From Mobula hypostoma (lineage: Eukaryota), in assembly GCF_963921235.1 (NCBI RefSeq), contig NC_086107.1:110858001-110922000 (forward strand): DNA of 64,000 nt, read 5' to 3'. A program made the translations under genes and the position numbers. Shown in pieces: positions 39,043 through 50,899 of the stretch (its first letter is position 1; every line of letters starts with the position of its first letter). A model generated the notes under the pieces. The model was not told the DNA's origin, ran no database searches, and worked only from the letters and a program-made list of their open reading frames with translations.

Positions 39043-39400
39043 ACATTGGACAACAAAGATTCAGTTTCCTGAATACTTTTGGATGCAAAAGTGGTTAAGG
39101 TGTTCGTCTAGTGATCTGAAGGTTGCTAGTTCGAGCCTCAGCTGTGGCAGCGTGTTTGTGTCCTTGAGCAAGGCACTTAACCACACATTGCTCTAGTGTC
39201 TGTGTGAGGAGTGGTGCCCCACACAGACTTCCAATCTGCGCCTTGTAAGGCATGAAAATGCCCGACGCAGGCCTCTCATGGTCTGAGTTGAAGTTCCTTC
39301 CCCTCCCTTATGGATTTTGGACTACTGATCATGGAAAATCACCATGAAATTTCCCTATCATGCAGAATTTATTTGAAATTGCCTATATTTGTTATTTCAT
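39043..39400 (+). mobile_element. Chapaev3 left-end fragment interrupted by a type C SINE (about 39090-39308)
   Basis: taa-cattggacaacaaagatt...ttcctgaata.ttttgg.tg, resuming ttatggatttt...aaaatcaccatgaaatttccct, homologous to 44080-44230. Confidence 0.75.
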
Positions 39401-40435
39401 GTTATTTATTTGTTATCTCTTGATATTCTTGACAAAGTGTTGTCTTGAACTATTTTACGAAGTTTCTCCTGGTGTGTGGTGAACTGGAGGATCTGACAAA
39501 CAAGGAATGGTGATGTTGGGTGATGCTGTTTCTGGCCGCAAAATATTAAGACCATAGGCACAGAATTAGGCCATTCGGTCCATCAAGTCTTCTCCACCAT
39601 TCCATCATGGCTGATTTATTACTCCCCCTCAACCCCACTCTCCTGCTGCCTCCGCGGAACCTTTGACACACTTCCCAATCAAGAACCTATCAATCTCTGC
39701 TTTAAATATGCCCATTATTCCGCGAGTATGTGAGGGGGACAATAGCAGAAAGTTGTGACCCAAGACAGAAGCAGATAGAGAGGAAGCCATCAACCTCTTC
39801 TATTGAAGCTGCTGAGAGCCGAGTCACACCGGACAGAAGTTCCCTTCTACGTTGTCACCAGAGAGTCTTCGGCGTATGGAGGGGTAAAAACCATTTGACC
39901 CTTGACAGCCGGTAACCTCTCAACAAGTCCAACCTCCAACAGTTGACTTAAAAGCAATTCTTGGACTTCTGCTGCACAATCCAACACAAGACTTCATCCT
40001 GAGTGCTAAGTACAGAGTATAGACAATTCCCATTGCAAAATGTATTGGCTGAATGCCCCGTTAAAAACTCTTCGGCTGACAGGAAAACTAGAACATTAAT
40101 AAATCACTCAGTCCAGGCAGACACCTTGGACTCTCTCTGCTCACGAGAGTTAACTAAGGCTGGGTGGGTTTATATTTTAAAGGCACAATAAATAGTGTGG
40201 TAGCTTCTTCAGTGATATGATCAGATGTCGACTGATAGAGTTACCAAGCACTGCAGCACAGTAACAGGCCCTTCAGCCCATCTAGTTTGCTGAACTATTA
40301 TCCTATCTGGTTGCACCGACCTGCACCTGGACCATAGCCCTCCACCCCGCCTCCCCCAATCCACATACCCATCCAAATTTCTCTTAAATGTTGAAAGCCA
40401 ACTCTGCATTCACAACTTTTTGCTGGTGGCTCATT

Positions 40436-40943
40436 CAGACATCCCACCCTACAAAAACTGGTTTCAGGGAGGTAGCACCATCAATTTCCAGGAGAGGTGG
40501 GATGTCTGCAATAGAGTAGCTCCTGAGCAGCTAGCCAGCTAGTTTAAATAACGTTAGCTATGCTAATGAACAAATGACACCTGTTAAACTCACCTCAACA
40601 TGTCTTTTACAGTCTTAACCCACCACGGGCAATAGAAAAGTCACTGTTGCAAACAGCGCAGCGAGCAACACTGTCATTATTTTTGACCCCTATTAGGCAG
40701 GGGTACACTTTAGTGTAGTCTGGGGTGACGCATGTTTTATATTTTCTTTTTTTTCTGGAACACTCTGCCATGGCGCGCTCTCGCTCTCTCTTTTGTGGTC
40801 GCTGTCGTGCTCTCGCTTGCTTTCTCTCGCTCGCTCTCAAAAAAAAATGATTTCCGTGATATTGTATATAATTTGCGGGCATCAGGGAGCCACTATTCAT
40901 ATGCGGGAGACTCCCGGAACTTCCGGGAGAGGTGGGATGTCTG
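40436..40943 (-). mobile_element. Non-autonomous hAT-like DNA transposon keeping the transposase N-terminal zinc finger
   Basis: TIRs cagacatcccacc / ggtgggatgtctg; flanking duplication (g)ctcatt(c); MAECSRKKRKYKTCVTPDYTKVYPCLIGVKNNDSVARCAVCNSDFSIARGG on the minus strand. Confidence 0.8.
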
Positions 40944-41194
40944 CTCATTCCTCACTCTCAACTGCCCTCCGAATGAAGACGTTCCCTCTCATGTTCCCCT
41001 TCAACACTTCAGGTGCCCCTGGCTGCTGTACTCCACGCCTGCTAATACGATGAACAGACACCGAGGCTTTGGGCCTGCTGTGGGCTGCTCTGGGGTTTGG
41101 ATCCAAGGACTCACTTTGGTTTGGAATGCTGTTGCCCGCTTCCATTGTTTGTATGGCTTGAGTTTTTCTTTCTTTCTCTGCACATCGATTGAAA

Positions 41195-41580
41195 CCAATT
41201 GAATATTGAAAAGCCCAGGCAGAGTGGACGTGGAGTCGATGTAGGAGAGTCCGGGACCAGAGTGCACAGCCTCTGAATACAAGGACGTGCGTTTAGAACG
41301 GAGATGGGGAGGAATTTTTTTAGCCAGAGAGTCGCGGATCTGTGGAATTCATAGCCACAGCTGGCTGTGGAGGCCAAGTTTTTGGGTATATTTAAGGCAG
41401 AGTCATTGGGTATATTTAATTGGGCATTTTTAAACATTTTTGATTAGTAAGAGAGTCAATAGCTATGGGGAGAAGGCAGGAGAATGGAGTTGAGATGATT
41501 AATAAATCAGCCATGATGGAATGGCAGAGCAGACTCAAAGGACCGAATGGCCTAATTCTGCTCCTATGTCTTATTGTCCA
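41195..41580 (+). mobile_element. CR1 LINE 3' end
   Basis: ggaccagagtgcacagcctc...ttttttagccagagagt...ggcctaattctgctcctatgtcttat. Confidence 0.85.
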
Positions 41581-43204
41581 GGTGCAAAATATTTAATTAT
41601 TTATTTACTTTCTTTAGAGATACAACATGGAATAGGCCCTTCTGGCCCTTCAAGCTGGACCGGTTGATTTAACCCCAGCCTAATCACGGGACAATTTACA
41701 ATAACCAATTAACCCACTAACTAATATGTCTTTGGACTGTGGGAGGAAACTGGAGCACCCATGCATTCCACGGGGAGGACGTACGGAGTCCTTACAGATG
41801 ACATCGGAATTGAACTCTGAACTCCGATGCCCTGAGCTGTAATAGCGTTGCGCTAACCACTGCGTTGCCATGGCGACGGAAGGAGACTAGCTGGGAAACT
41901 GTGACATAAGTCAGAACTATAGAAATAGGAAAAGGATGCCCGGGAATCAGAACACAAAGGAACTTGATAGGAGTTAAAATGTAGGTCCTTAAAGATTATA
42001 GTCACTAGGAAACATTCAATGCCACGTGCTGGTGAGAGTAGAAATAGATGTGCTCATTAGTGCGTGTTGCAAGAGAAAGCGTTTGAATTCTTAGGACATG
42101 GCACCTTTTCAAGATGGATGGGTTGCACTTGAAGAGAGCTGGAATCGATTTTCTTGCAGGCAGGTTAACTGGTTCTGTAGGCACGGCTTTGAATTATTGT
42201 GCAAGGGTTTAGTCATCTGGACAATATATAAAAAATATTGCAACAAAGTCCCAGAGAATTGGGAGAGACAAAGAAAATGCAGAACAACGTAAAATAATAG
42301 AAAATGTAAGCGATTTAAAATGAGTTTTAATTAATTTAGAGAAACAGCATGGTGACAGGCCCTTCGGCCTAGCAACCCCCATGTGACCAATTAACCAACT
42401 AACCTGTATATCTCTGGAATGTGGGAGGAAACCAGAGCACCAGGAGGAAACCCATGCGGTCGCAGAGAGAAGGTACAAACTCCTTACAGACAGTGGTGGG
42501 AACTGAACCCCAGCGCCATAATACGGGTCGCAGCGCTGTAATACAGTTAAGTTAACCTCTACGCTACCATGCTGCCTTCAGGCTTGCATCAAAGCTCAAA
42601 GTTCAAAGTTCAAAAGTTCAAAGCAAAATTTATTATTGAAGTACATTATTTTTCCTGTGGGCATACTCAGCAAATCTATAGAAAAGTAACTATAACAGGA
42701 GTGCAAATATAAATAAATAGCTCTAGATAATGAGGTAAAAAGTCCTTAAAGTGAGATCATTAGTCCTGGGAACTTCTCAATGATGGGGCAAGGGAGTGTC
42801 GTTATCCCCTTTTGTTCAAGAGCGTGATTGTTGAGTGGTAGTAACTGTTCTTGAACCTGGTGGTGCGAGTCCTGAGGCTCTCGTACCTTTAACCTGATGG
42901 CAGCAGCGAGAAGAGAGCATGGCCAGGGTGGTGAGGACTTTTGATGATGGACGCTGCTTTCTTACCACAGTGTTTCATATAGATGTGCTCAATGGTAGGG
43001 AGGGCTTTACCCGTGATGTACTGGGCCAAATCCACTACCTTTTGTAGGATTTTCCGCTCAACAAACTTCTTGCTGTTACTAAGTTTGATAAGTTATGGAC
43101 ACTTGTGAATATGATAGAAAACTGTGATAGTGAAGGTGTGGCTCAAAAGTTGAGATGCTCGATATCAGAATTCAGAATTATTTGGAAGACAATAAAGAGA
43201 TATT

Positions 43205-43790
43205 GTTGAGTTGAGCTGAGGCCTCCACTGGTCAGGGTCAAGCATGGATGTTGTGTCCTAGCTGTCTAGATACGCAAGCCTGACAGTACAATGTGGAGAA
43301 CAAGCTGTTGCCCCTGCAGCAGGCTTCCCCTCTCCACACATCTGATGAACCCAAAAGAGTGGCAGAGACTGATACAGTTTGGCACCAGCAGCATCTCTGG
43401 AGTTGACAGTCAGCTCTGAACTCAACGTAGGTCTGCTTTAAGGACTCCAGCTCCATTCTTTCCCTCAGGATTTACTCCCAAAACCTTCCGCATGAGTGCG
43501 TATAGCCGCAAGGCAGCAGATGTTTGAGACCCATGTTTTCTTTCTCCTAGACAAGCTGCCAACCACGGCTGATTAGCCCCATCTGCCAGAAGCGACTGGT
43601 TTATAAGGCACCAGTAACATGCCTTTTCCCCTTCTCCTGTTAGTGGAAATGGTTCTGCTAGGCTTAGTAGTTAAGCCACATGTGAAGGTCAGGAGCTGGA
43701 CTTGGATGTCAGAGGCTATTTGAGGCCTATGTCACCGGGAGTGTTTAATAAGTAGTGGGAGCTTATCCCCACTAAAACTCCCGGCTATAA
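43205..43790 (-). mobile_element. Probable RTE-derived non-autonomous element (second copy about 55445-55965)
   Basis: Two colinear ~550-bp copies with no tRNA head; RTE assignment is from remembered similarity to RTE UTRs only. Confidence 0.5.
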
Positions 43791-44079
43791 GGAACCAATA
43801 GATACTTGGATGACAGGAAATTGAATTGCTGGAATGAAATAACATTTTTGAGGTTATTGGTGGATTAATTAGTTGGAATTGAGGAATACCTTACAGAGGA
43901 GTAGTATACCAGGAAAATCTTTCTCTGAGCATTTACCTCAAGTCCTTCAAGCATTACTTTACTCTGCTGTTATAGTAAACCCTCAATAAGCATTTTACTC
44001 TCTTAGTGCAATCTATAAGCCTCAGTGTTTAATAACTTTAGCATCATTTTTCAAAGATTCTCATTGTAACCACAGATAA

Positions 44080-45015
44080 CACTGGACAACAAAGATTTTT
44101 GCTTCCTGAATATTTTTGGCTGTATCTTATGGATTTTTACCCACTGATCATTAAAATCACCATGAAATTTCCCTATTGCTCACCATTTTATTGAAATCAT
44201 ATATATTTGTTTCAATTCATAACTCAAGTCAATTAAAATGTTGCCCACATGTAAGCTGAAAAGTTTTCTATCTTGTCCAAGCATGCCTGGGCATTCTTAG
44301 GCAGGATAGAATTTAGAAAGGCTATACATTTCTGTGCAGGATTTTGATATTTGATACAGATGTTTCTCAGAATAACTAATGCCAAAATTTAAGGAAGGCA
44401 TTTTTGTTTGTCCACTAATCAAACAGATCATCAATGACAGGCAATTTGAAGAACTACTAGTGGGCCTAGAGAAAATCACATGGAAGGCATTGAAAGATGT
44501 CGAAAATTTTCTTGGCAACTATGGAGCACCAAACTACATGCAGCTGGTTGACAACATGCTTCAAGCACACAAAACCATGAAGTGCAACATGTCCCTAAAG
44601 GTTCATTTTCGGCATTCCCATTTAGACTTCTTCCCTGCAAATCTTGGTGCTGTCAGTGACGAGCATGGTGAAAAGGTTCACCAGGATATTGTGGTCATAT
44701 AGAAATGGTATCAAGGCAACTGAAATCCATCAATGCTGGCTGATTATTGTTGGATACTTAAGTAAGAGGCCTCAAACATTGAGTACAAATGAAAATCACC
44801 CCCAAAACATTTTTTAGCTTAGTTGAATAGTGCAGAAAAGTGTCAACACTATTATATAATTAGGCACATTATATTCAATAAATGTTCATTTCTTGTTCCT
44901 CCAAATTCCTACATTATTCAATAATTGGAAATAATATTTATGTTCAGCTTCACTTGCTATATCATAAACAAAAAAAATTCTGAGGAAGCAACACGAAAAG
45001 ATTTGCTGTCTAGTG
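44080..45015 (+). mobile_element. Chapaev3-type (CMC) DNA transposon, internally deleted, with transposase C-terminal pseudogene
   Basis: Termini cactggacaacaaa / tttgctgtctagtg (CAC...GTG); 3-bp TSD TAA at 44077-44079 and 45016-45018; KEGIFVCP...FLGN...CNMSLKVHFRHSHLDFFPANLGAVSDEHGEKVHQDI, continuing past stops to MLADYCW. Confidence 0.88.
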
Positions 45016-45685
45016 TAATTCATTGGAATTGCAGAATACCTTACAGAGGAATAGTATTCCAGGAAAATCTTTCTCTGAGAGGATTCAACACAAGTCCTTC
45101 AAGCTTTCTTTATTCTGCTTTTATGGTACATCCTCAGAGTGTATATTTCTTCTCTTAGAGCATTCTATATGCTTTAGCATATTTAATAACTTTAGCATCA
45201 CATTGCAAGATTTCTCAGTGTAACCTCTGATATTTTACTAAATTATAAGATGCTGCATTTCTACTTGAATGTTTATAAATTCCCGTAACGTTGTACCTTG
45301 ATGCAATGTAATTATTTCTGTTTTTATAAAGTATTGCCAAAGTGCAGCATGACTCGATCTATTTGGTTCTGACTTGTCGTTATTGCATCTGTGCCAATTC
45401 TGGTTTTTATTTTAGTAACGTGTTATTAACCAGCCCTGATGCTCAGTCTTATTTTCACTTGCTGTCGAGGTCTTGCACTTACTCCTTCTATAGTTTGCAA
45501 TGAATTGCCTTTTGACCTCAGTTTCTATACAGTTTTGAGTATTAATCTTGCCTGTTGCATACTGCATTACTTCTGTGTTGATCCGCAAGTTATTCTACAT
45601 TCACTTAATTTACCAATACATCACCCAGATACACATTCTAATCTGTGTAAGTTCAAAGATTCAGAGAGTCAAAGTACAGTTATTA

Positions 45686-45840
45686 CACTGGACAACAAAA
45701 TCTTTTGAAGGATTAGTTTCCTCAGAAATTTTTTTGTTTATGATAAACCACTTGAAGATGGACACAAATATAATTTCAGATTACTTGTATAATGTAGGAA
45801 TTTGGAGAAACTAGAAATGAACTTTTATTGAATATAGTGG
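45686..45840 (-). mobile_element. Chapaev3 right-end fragment, inverted
   Basis: cactggacaacaaaatctttt...ttcctcagaa...aggaatttggag.aac.agaaatgaac is the reverse complement of 44870-45015. Confidence 0.75.
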
Positions 45841-46380
45841 TACAGAAGCCTGAGGGCACACCCTCAGTAATTCAGGGAAAGGTTCTTCCCTTCTACCATC
45901 CAATTTCTGAATGGAAATTGAACCCATGAACAGTACCTCACTACTTTTTTATTATTTCTGTTTTTGCACTACTATTTTGAATTTAACAACTTAATATACA
46001 TACATATACTTACTGTAATCCATTCATTGTTTTCTATATTTATCACGAATTGCATTGTACTGCTGCCACTAAGTTAACAAGTTTCACGACATATGCTATT
46101 GTCGTTAAACCTGATTCTGATTCTAATGTGTTTAATTGCATAATGGTGCTGGCGCTTTGCAATAGTTCAATTAAGCTAAAAATGTTTTGTTGGTGATTTT
46201 CATTTGTACTCAGTGTCTGAGGCTTCTCGTCTAAGTGTCCAACAATAATCAGCCAGCAATGATGGACTCCAGTTGCCCTGATACCGTTTCTCCATGACCG
46301 CAATGTCCTGGTGAAACCTTTCACCATGCTCGTCACTGACAGCGCCAAGAAGAATCTCAGGGTTGCATACTGCACACATA

Positions 46381-46615
46381 CATTGGACAACAAAGATTTT
46401 ACTTCCTCAACATTTTTGTGTGTATCTTATGGATTTTTTTGCTGCTGATCATGAAAAACACCATGAAATTTCCCTACCATGCACCATTTTTTAAATCACT
46501 TATATTTGTTATTTCATTTCATAATTTGTCAATTAAAATGTTGCCCACAATCTAAGTTAAACCGTGAAGTGCAACATGTCACTAAAGATTCATTTTCTAC
46601 ATTCCCATTTAGATC
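46381..46615 (+). mobile_element. Chapaev3 left end fused to a transposase snippet
   Basis: cattggacaacaaagatttt.cttcct... then tgaagtgcaacatgtc.ctaaag.ttcatttt (KCNMSLKIHF). Confidence 0.75.
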
Positions 46616-46710
46616 TTAGTTTAACTTAGATTGTGGGCAAGGTCTTGAAGCTTATTGATTCGTTTTGAGGAGATGGTAGTAATGAATGCTGAACTATAGT
46701 CAGTAAAGAG

Positions 46711-46822
46711 CATTGTGATGTATGCGTCTTTGCAGTCCCATTGTGATGTATGCGTCTTTGCAGTCCCATTGTGATGTATGCGTCTTTGCAGTCCTATTGT
46801 GATGTATGTGTCTTTGCAGTCC
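46711..46822. repeat. 28-bp tandem repeat x4 inside a Rex1-type RT remnant
   Basis: cattgtgatgtatgcgtctttgcagtcc at 46711, 46739, 46767 and 46795. Confidence 0.95.
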
Positions 46823-47064
46823 AACTATTCCAGAGTTGAGCGAAGAGCCATTGAAATAGCATCTGCTGTAGACCTGTTGCTTTGGTTGGCAGATTGGAGT
46901 GGATTGAAGTCACTTCTCAGGCAGGAGTTGAGAGTTCATCACCAACCTCTCAAAGCTCTTCATCACAGTGGATGTAAGTGCTTCTAGGAAATAGTCATTG
47001 AGTAGGTTCTTCTTGGGCACCAGTATAGTTGAAGCCTGCTTGAAGCAGGCAGGTACTTCAAACT

Positions 47065-49304
47065 ACCCATGTTCTGCCACTGTGGTCTATCTCCTTCAAG
47101 GTTCGACGTGTTTGTACATTCAGAGATGCTCTTCTGCACATCACTGTTGTAACACATGGTAATTTGAGCTACTGTCGCCTTCCTGTCCTTTGAACTTGTC
47201 AGGCCATTCTCTTCTGACCTCTCTCATTAACAAGGTTTTTTTGCCCACACAACTGCCCCTCAGTGTTTATTGTACCATTATTGGAAAACTCTAGAGACTT
47301 GTGTGTGAAAATCCCGGGAGATCAGCAGTCTCTGAGATACTCAAAGCACCCTATCTGGCACCAACAAACATTCCACAGTCAAAGTCACTTAGATCACATT
47401 ACTTCCCTGTTCTTTCCCATTGTGTGTTTAATGTCTGAGGATATACATTGTATCAAAAGGACAGGCAGGAGGCAACATTGCTCTGTTGGTAAAAAATGAA
47501 ATCAAATCATTAGAAAGAGATCAAAAGGTGTTGAATCATTGTGAATAGAGCTAAGGAACTGCAAGGGTAAAAAGACCCTTTTGGGAGTTATATACAGACC
47601 CTTAGTGTGGGCACGTGGCCAAGTGGTTAAGGCATTGGACTAGTGACCTGAAGGTCGTGAGTTCGAGCCCCAGCCAAGGCAATATGTTGTGTCCTTGAGC
47701 AAGGCACTTAATCACACATTGCTCTGCGACGACACTGGTGCCAAGCTGTATGGGTCCTAATGCCCTTCCCTTGGACAACATTGGTGTCATGGAGAGGGGA
47801 GACTTGCAGCATGGGCAGCTGCTGGTCTTCCACACAACCCTGCCCAGGCCTGCGCCCTGGAGAGTGAAGACTTTACAGGCGCAGATCCATGGTCTCGCAA
47901 GACTAACGGATGCCTTTTACAGACCCTTAAACAGCATTAAGGATATAGTCTACAAATTACAATGGGAGATAGAAACTACATGCCAAAAAGCACAATGCTG
48001 CAGAAATTAGAGGAGTGGGAAGTTTTTAGAAACCAACAGAAGGCAACTAAAAGGGTCAATAAGAAGGTAAAGATGGAATATAAAAGTAAGCTAGCCAATA
48101 ATATTAAAGAGTATACCAAAAGTTTCTTCAGATACATAGAGTGTAAGAGAGAGGTGAGAGTGGACATTAGACCACTGGAAAATGGTGGGGGGGGGGCGGT
48201 CAATGAAATAGCAGATGAGCTGAATAAGTATTTTGCATCAGTCTTCACTGTGGAAGACACTAGCAGTGTGGTTGAAGTATCAAGTCTCAGGGGAATTGAA
48301 GTGTGTGAAGCTACCATTACTAGGGAGAAGGTTCTTGGGAAACCAAAAGGTCTGAAGGTAGATAAACCAGCTGAACCAGGTGGATTACACCCCAAGGTTC
48401 TGAAAGAGGTGGCTGAAGAGATCTTGGAGGCATTAGTAATGATCTTTCAAGGATCACTAGATTCTGGAATGATTCCAGAAGACTGGAAAACTGCAAATGT
48501 CACTCTACTCTTCAAGAAGGGAAAGAAATTATAGTTTGACCTCAGTGGTTGGGAAGATGTTAGAGTCAATTATTAAGGGTGAGGTCTCAGGGTACTTGGA
48601 GGCATACAATAAAATAGACCATAGTCAGCATGGTTTCCTCGAGGGAAAATCTTGCCTGGTAAATCTGTTGGAATTCTTTGGAAACTGGAGAGGGTTCAAA
48701 GGAGGTTCACAAAAATGATTCCAGGTTTGAATGTCCTGTCATATGAGTGTCTAATGACTCTGGGCCTGTACTCACTAGAATTCAGGAGAATAGGGGTGGC
48801 CTTATTGAAATCTATCGAACGGTGAAAGGCCTTGATAGAATGGATGTGGAGAGGATCTTTCCTATGTTGAGAGAGTCTAACACCAGAGGACACAGCTTCA
48901 GCGTAGAGGGGCATCCTATTAGAGCAGAAACGAGGAGGAGAGTGGTGAAACTGTGGAATTTGTTTCCACAGGCAGCTGGGGAGGCCAAGTCCTTACGTAT
49001 TTTTAAGGCAGAGGTTGATAAAATCTTGACTGGTCAGGGCGTTGAAGGGATACAGGGGGAAGTCAGGAGATTAGGGCTGAGAGGAAAAATGGATCAGCCA
49101 TGATGAAATGGCAGAGCACACTCGATGGGTGAAACGGCCTAATTCTGCTCCTATATCTTGTGATCTTATTGTCTATTCTGTTATCTGGTCTGAACAGCAA
49201 CTGAAACTCTTGCCCATACCTGCATGCTTTTATGCATTGAGTTTCTGGCACATGATTGCCTGATCAGATATTTGCATTTCCGAATAAAGTGGCAACTGAG
49301 TATA
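47065..49304 (-). mobile_element. Tc1-like element (47065-47420 and 49175-49304) split by a + strand CR1 remnant (about 47430-49170)
   Basis: Tc1 sequence stops at cacttagatcacat and resumes at tctggtctgaacagcaactgaa, ending in TIR aataaagtggcaactgagtata; CR1 ORF2 in 47962..48534 (LNKYFASVFTVED...HPKVLKE...PEDWKTANV). Confidence 0.85.
47605..47917 (+). mobile_element. tRNA-derived CORE-like SINE, type B tail, 12-bp TSD
   Basis: TSD tacagaccctta at 47593-47604 and 47918-47929; A-box tggccaagtgg, B-box gagttcgagcc; second, interrupted copy at 57762-58337. Confidence 0.9.
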
Positions 49305-50184
49305 GTTATTAGTTACTCTGGTAACCTGATGTAATCAGTAAATTTAATTTCCACAACAATGCATTACCATGATGTCTACTTACTTTGTTAATGGTTTGTA
49401 TATGAAACCCATTTTGGGGTACTATCCTACCTTGCAGATGTGGTTGACAGCTTAAAGTATGCCAAGTGGGTGTCACAGTAGTGACACTATTACAGCCCGG
49501 CGTGTCAGAGTTCAGAGTTCATTTCTGATGTTGTCTGTAAGGAGTTTGCACATCCTCTTTGTGGAATGCATGGATATTCTCCAGCACCCCACCCCGCCGC
49601 AGTTTCTTTCTACCACAGTCCAAAGACCTACCGGTTATTAGGTTAATTAGTCATTGTACACTGTCCAGTGATTGGGCGGGTGTTAAGTCGGGGGTTGTTG
49701 GGCAGTGTGGCTCGAAGGGCCGGAAGGACCTGTTCTGCATGGTACCTCTCCAAATAAGTAAAGTTTAAAATAAGATGCAGCCTCGAACCACGTCCTAGTT
49801 ACAAACTTCATCAATCATCGCCGTGACAACCTACCGCCCCAGTGGGTTCTTTACTGGAGGAATGAGTCACCAAGGTATATTTTGTTTCCTTACTGCACTC
49901 ATTAACATGGCAGGATTTGCTATAATGAACACAGATCCTTTGTACCTTTACTTATTGTAGTCAGGTATTGCTACGATGCACTCCATTACAACGAGATTAT
50001 ATTCCACAAAGTACTTTGAGGTTTGGTGTATTTACTAATGTTAGTAACATGTATGTGGATGAATTTAGTGAGGATTTCTGTGAGGTAGTTTGAGTATGGT
50101 TATTAAGATTGTAATCAGCTGCCTTGAAATACACTATAGATTTGAAAATCAGTTACATATTGTTTTAAAACTCTTTATAAACCT

Positions 50185-50528
50185 CATCAGTGGCTTTTGG
50201 AAATGCCTGGTGAAGGAAGCCATTGAAATAAAATGAGAGAAAAAGAATTTTAACAAAGACAAAGATCTTGCTCTAAGTAAGAACTGGAATTCGATTGCAC
50301 ACAAGGTGGGACAGTGGAAACCTGATTGGATGAGGACTAACCAATCAGGAGCGATGGACAATGGGGGTATAAATACCACCGGACTAGACATGCTTTGGCA
50401 TTATCCCTGATGAAGATGGCAGAGTTTGTCATTGAAATGTCGGTTAAATCGATACCTGTACCCAGATGGAAGCCAGAGAGGAGTTTATTCGTCGTATATA
50501 CAGGGAAAGCACTAGATCCTTTACAGTA
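50185..50528 (+). mobile_element. Second PLE family (Penelope/Poseidon-like), 5'-truncated, with a 12-bp TSD
   Basis: TSD ctttataaacct at 50173-50184 and 50529-50540; reads GFWKCLVKEAIEIK*EKKNFNKDKDLALSKNWNSI (GIY-YIG C-terminal EAIEI...NFN.D motif); TATA at 50368-50375; hammerhead at 50401-50447. Confidence 0.8.
50401..50447 (+). ncRNA. Minimal type I hammerhead ribozyme motif, second family
   Basis: ttatcc-CTGATGA-a-gatggcag/agt/ttgtcatt-GAAA-tGTC-ggttaa. Confidence 0.7.
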
Positions 50529-50899
50529 CTTTATAAACCTGTTTATTTATTTGTTATGAGATACAGCGTGGAACAAGCCCTTCTAGCGCAACGAGCCGCA
50601 CACCCCAGCTATTTAACACTAGCCTAATCACAGGATAATTTACAGTGACCAATTAACCTACTAACTGGTTCATTTCCAGACTGGGGGAGGAAACCAGAGC
50701 ACCAGGAGGAAACCCACGTTGTCAAAGGGGGACACACAAATTTTTTACAGATGGTGCTGGAATTGAACGTCCACCTCTGTAATGCCTCAACCTGTTATAA
50801 TGTCACACTAACCACTCTGGTTAGCCTTTAAACATTCCTGCAATGTGTATCATCCCTTAGTCTCAGCATTTTATAGTCATTTTTGGCCACGATAACTAG

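Noticed and set aside
47605..47680. tRNA-like sequences here and at other SINE heads
   Set aside because: A and B boxes run straight into SINE bodies with tails and TSDs; no complete cloverleaf followed by a terminator.
47962..48534. 190-aa ORF as a host gene
   Set aside because: It is a CR1 ORF2 remnant with deletions and frameshifts.
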